From Bispira polyomma (taxonomy: Eukaryota), in NCBI GenBank assembly GCA_965649765.1, contig OZ287748.1, positions 86,490,001 to 86,554,000 on the forward strand: a stretch of 64,000 nucleotides of DNA, given 5' to 3'. Below, in pieces: positions 63,134 through 64,000 of this stretch. The notes below the pieces were generated by a model. It was not told the DNA's origin. It did not search any database and saw only the letters and a list, made by a program, of their open reading frames with translations. A program made the position numbers and the translations under genes. The stretch's first letter is position 1, and the number at the start of each line of letters is the position of its first letter.

Positions 63134-63865
63134 TCAATTTGAACTGTCGTCATGGTCTTCATTCTGAACTTTCACGATGTTATTCAAACTTGCTACAATG
63201 TCCTCAATGTTTCCCCTGATCCTCAGATCATCAGCCATCCCTTCGATCTCCTCTTCTAGCTCCGCCCTCTTTTCAGCACTCCATTCAGATATCTTCTTGG
63301 CATATGCCACCTGTTCTTCCAGTTCTCTGATTGTTTCCAACCTCTCAGATTCTGTCTCGCTATTTTTCACCAAGCTCCTGAACATATCCACTTGTACAGG
63401 GATCATGGAGGGATTGTATGTGTTATTAGTACCAACAGATGCGTGCACCATATTGGTTCTACCAAAGATCTTTTTGAACATCATCAGCATAGGATGGATT
63501 ACCGTGGCAATGCAGACCATGAATTTCTTCAGCATTTTGAACAGCAGCACAAGATTTATTAAATTCCAAATGGTGTAAAAGCAATACCTGATATAGTTGA
63601 ATCGGAAATCTTTGTTGTGCATGAAGTGTCGAATAGCAACACGAACCTTCCCATCTTGATGGCATATTTCAAAGATAGTGGAAGCTAAACCATCAACCAA
63701 TGATTGGGTCCAGGTTATCAGGTCTTGAGTTGATGCTGCCATCCTGTCAAAGGAAACTTTGTCAAGGTGAAGAAAACAGACAGAAATCGAATAGCATAGT
63801 CTGTAAGTGACACTTGTGATCAGTTCTGCAGCATATTTGACAAAACTTGAGAATGCCTTAACCAT
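63134..63865 (-). CDS. Unknown protein (243-aa ORF), hydrophobic middle segment and C-terminal predicted coiled coil; true start uncertain
   Basis: Uninterrupted 732-nt ORF, visibly more GC-rich than flanks, protein-like composition; no family recognised. Confidence 0.6.
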   Translation of the reverse strand: MVKAFSSFVKYAAELITSVTYRLCYSISVCFLHLDKVSFDRMAASTQDLITWTQSLVDGLASTIFEICHQDGKVRVAIRHFMHNKDFRFNYIRYCFYTIWNLINLVLLFKMLKKFMVCIATVIHPMLMMFKKIFGRTNMVHASVGTNNTYNPSMIPVQVDMFRSLVKNSETESERLETIRELEEQVAYAKKISEWSAEKRAELEEEIEGMADDLRIRGNIEDIVASLNNIVKVQNEDHDDSSN

Positions 63866-64000
63866 TTAATGTCCCTGATATACTGTCTGAGATATTTCCC
63901 CCAGTCGTCCTTCCACCACTGCTCTAAGGATTCAGTGATATGATCATACAAGAGGCTGGTGACAGTGACAGAGTGACTCTCTTCATTAGCTTTGAATTCA

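Noticed and set aside
63177-63578. 133-aa plus-strand ORF
   Set aside because: Antisense shadow of the 243-aa minus-strand ORF.

Overview
AT-rich, intron-rich animal genomic DNA (probably an invertebrate; the SINE/MITE repertoire looks mollusc-like, which is inference). About 52 kb is one plus-strand gene for an inverted formin-2 (INF2/FHDC1-group) formin. I reconstructed 12 phase-compatible GT-AG coding exons (3890-55552; 5999 nt, about 1998 aa). The start-codon exon appears to lie upstream of the window. Domain order: DID/armadillo, dimerisation region, poly-Pro FH1, FH2, WH2/DAD-like motif (IVDKLLGDIRSGF), then a ~1200-aa disordered tail in a single 3.67-kb last exon. Introns and the 3' flank carry tRNA-derived SINEs, degraded LINE fragments and many MITEs. 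There is a 195-N gap at 58979-59173 and an unidentified convergent minus-strand ORF at the right edge. No prokaryote-type system (CRISPR, operon, etc.) is present. The most unusual signals are: (i) three independent tandem duplications anchored exactly on splice junctions of this gene; (ii) two frame-preserving candidate microexons (27 and 33 nt) in the autoinhibitory N-terminal region; (iii) a LINE tail split into oppositely oriented halves, suggesting a ~1.3-kb inversion; (iv) the orphan ORF with an overlapping upstream frame.
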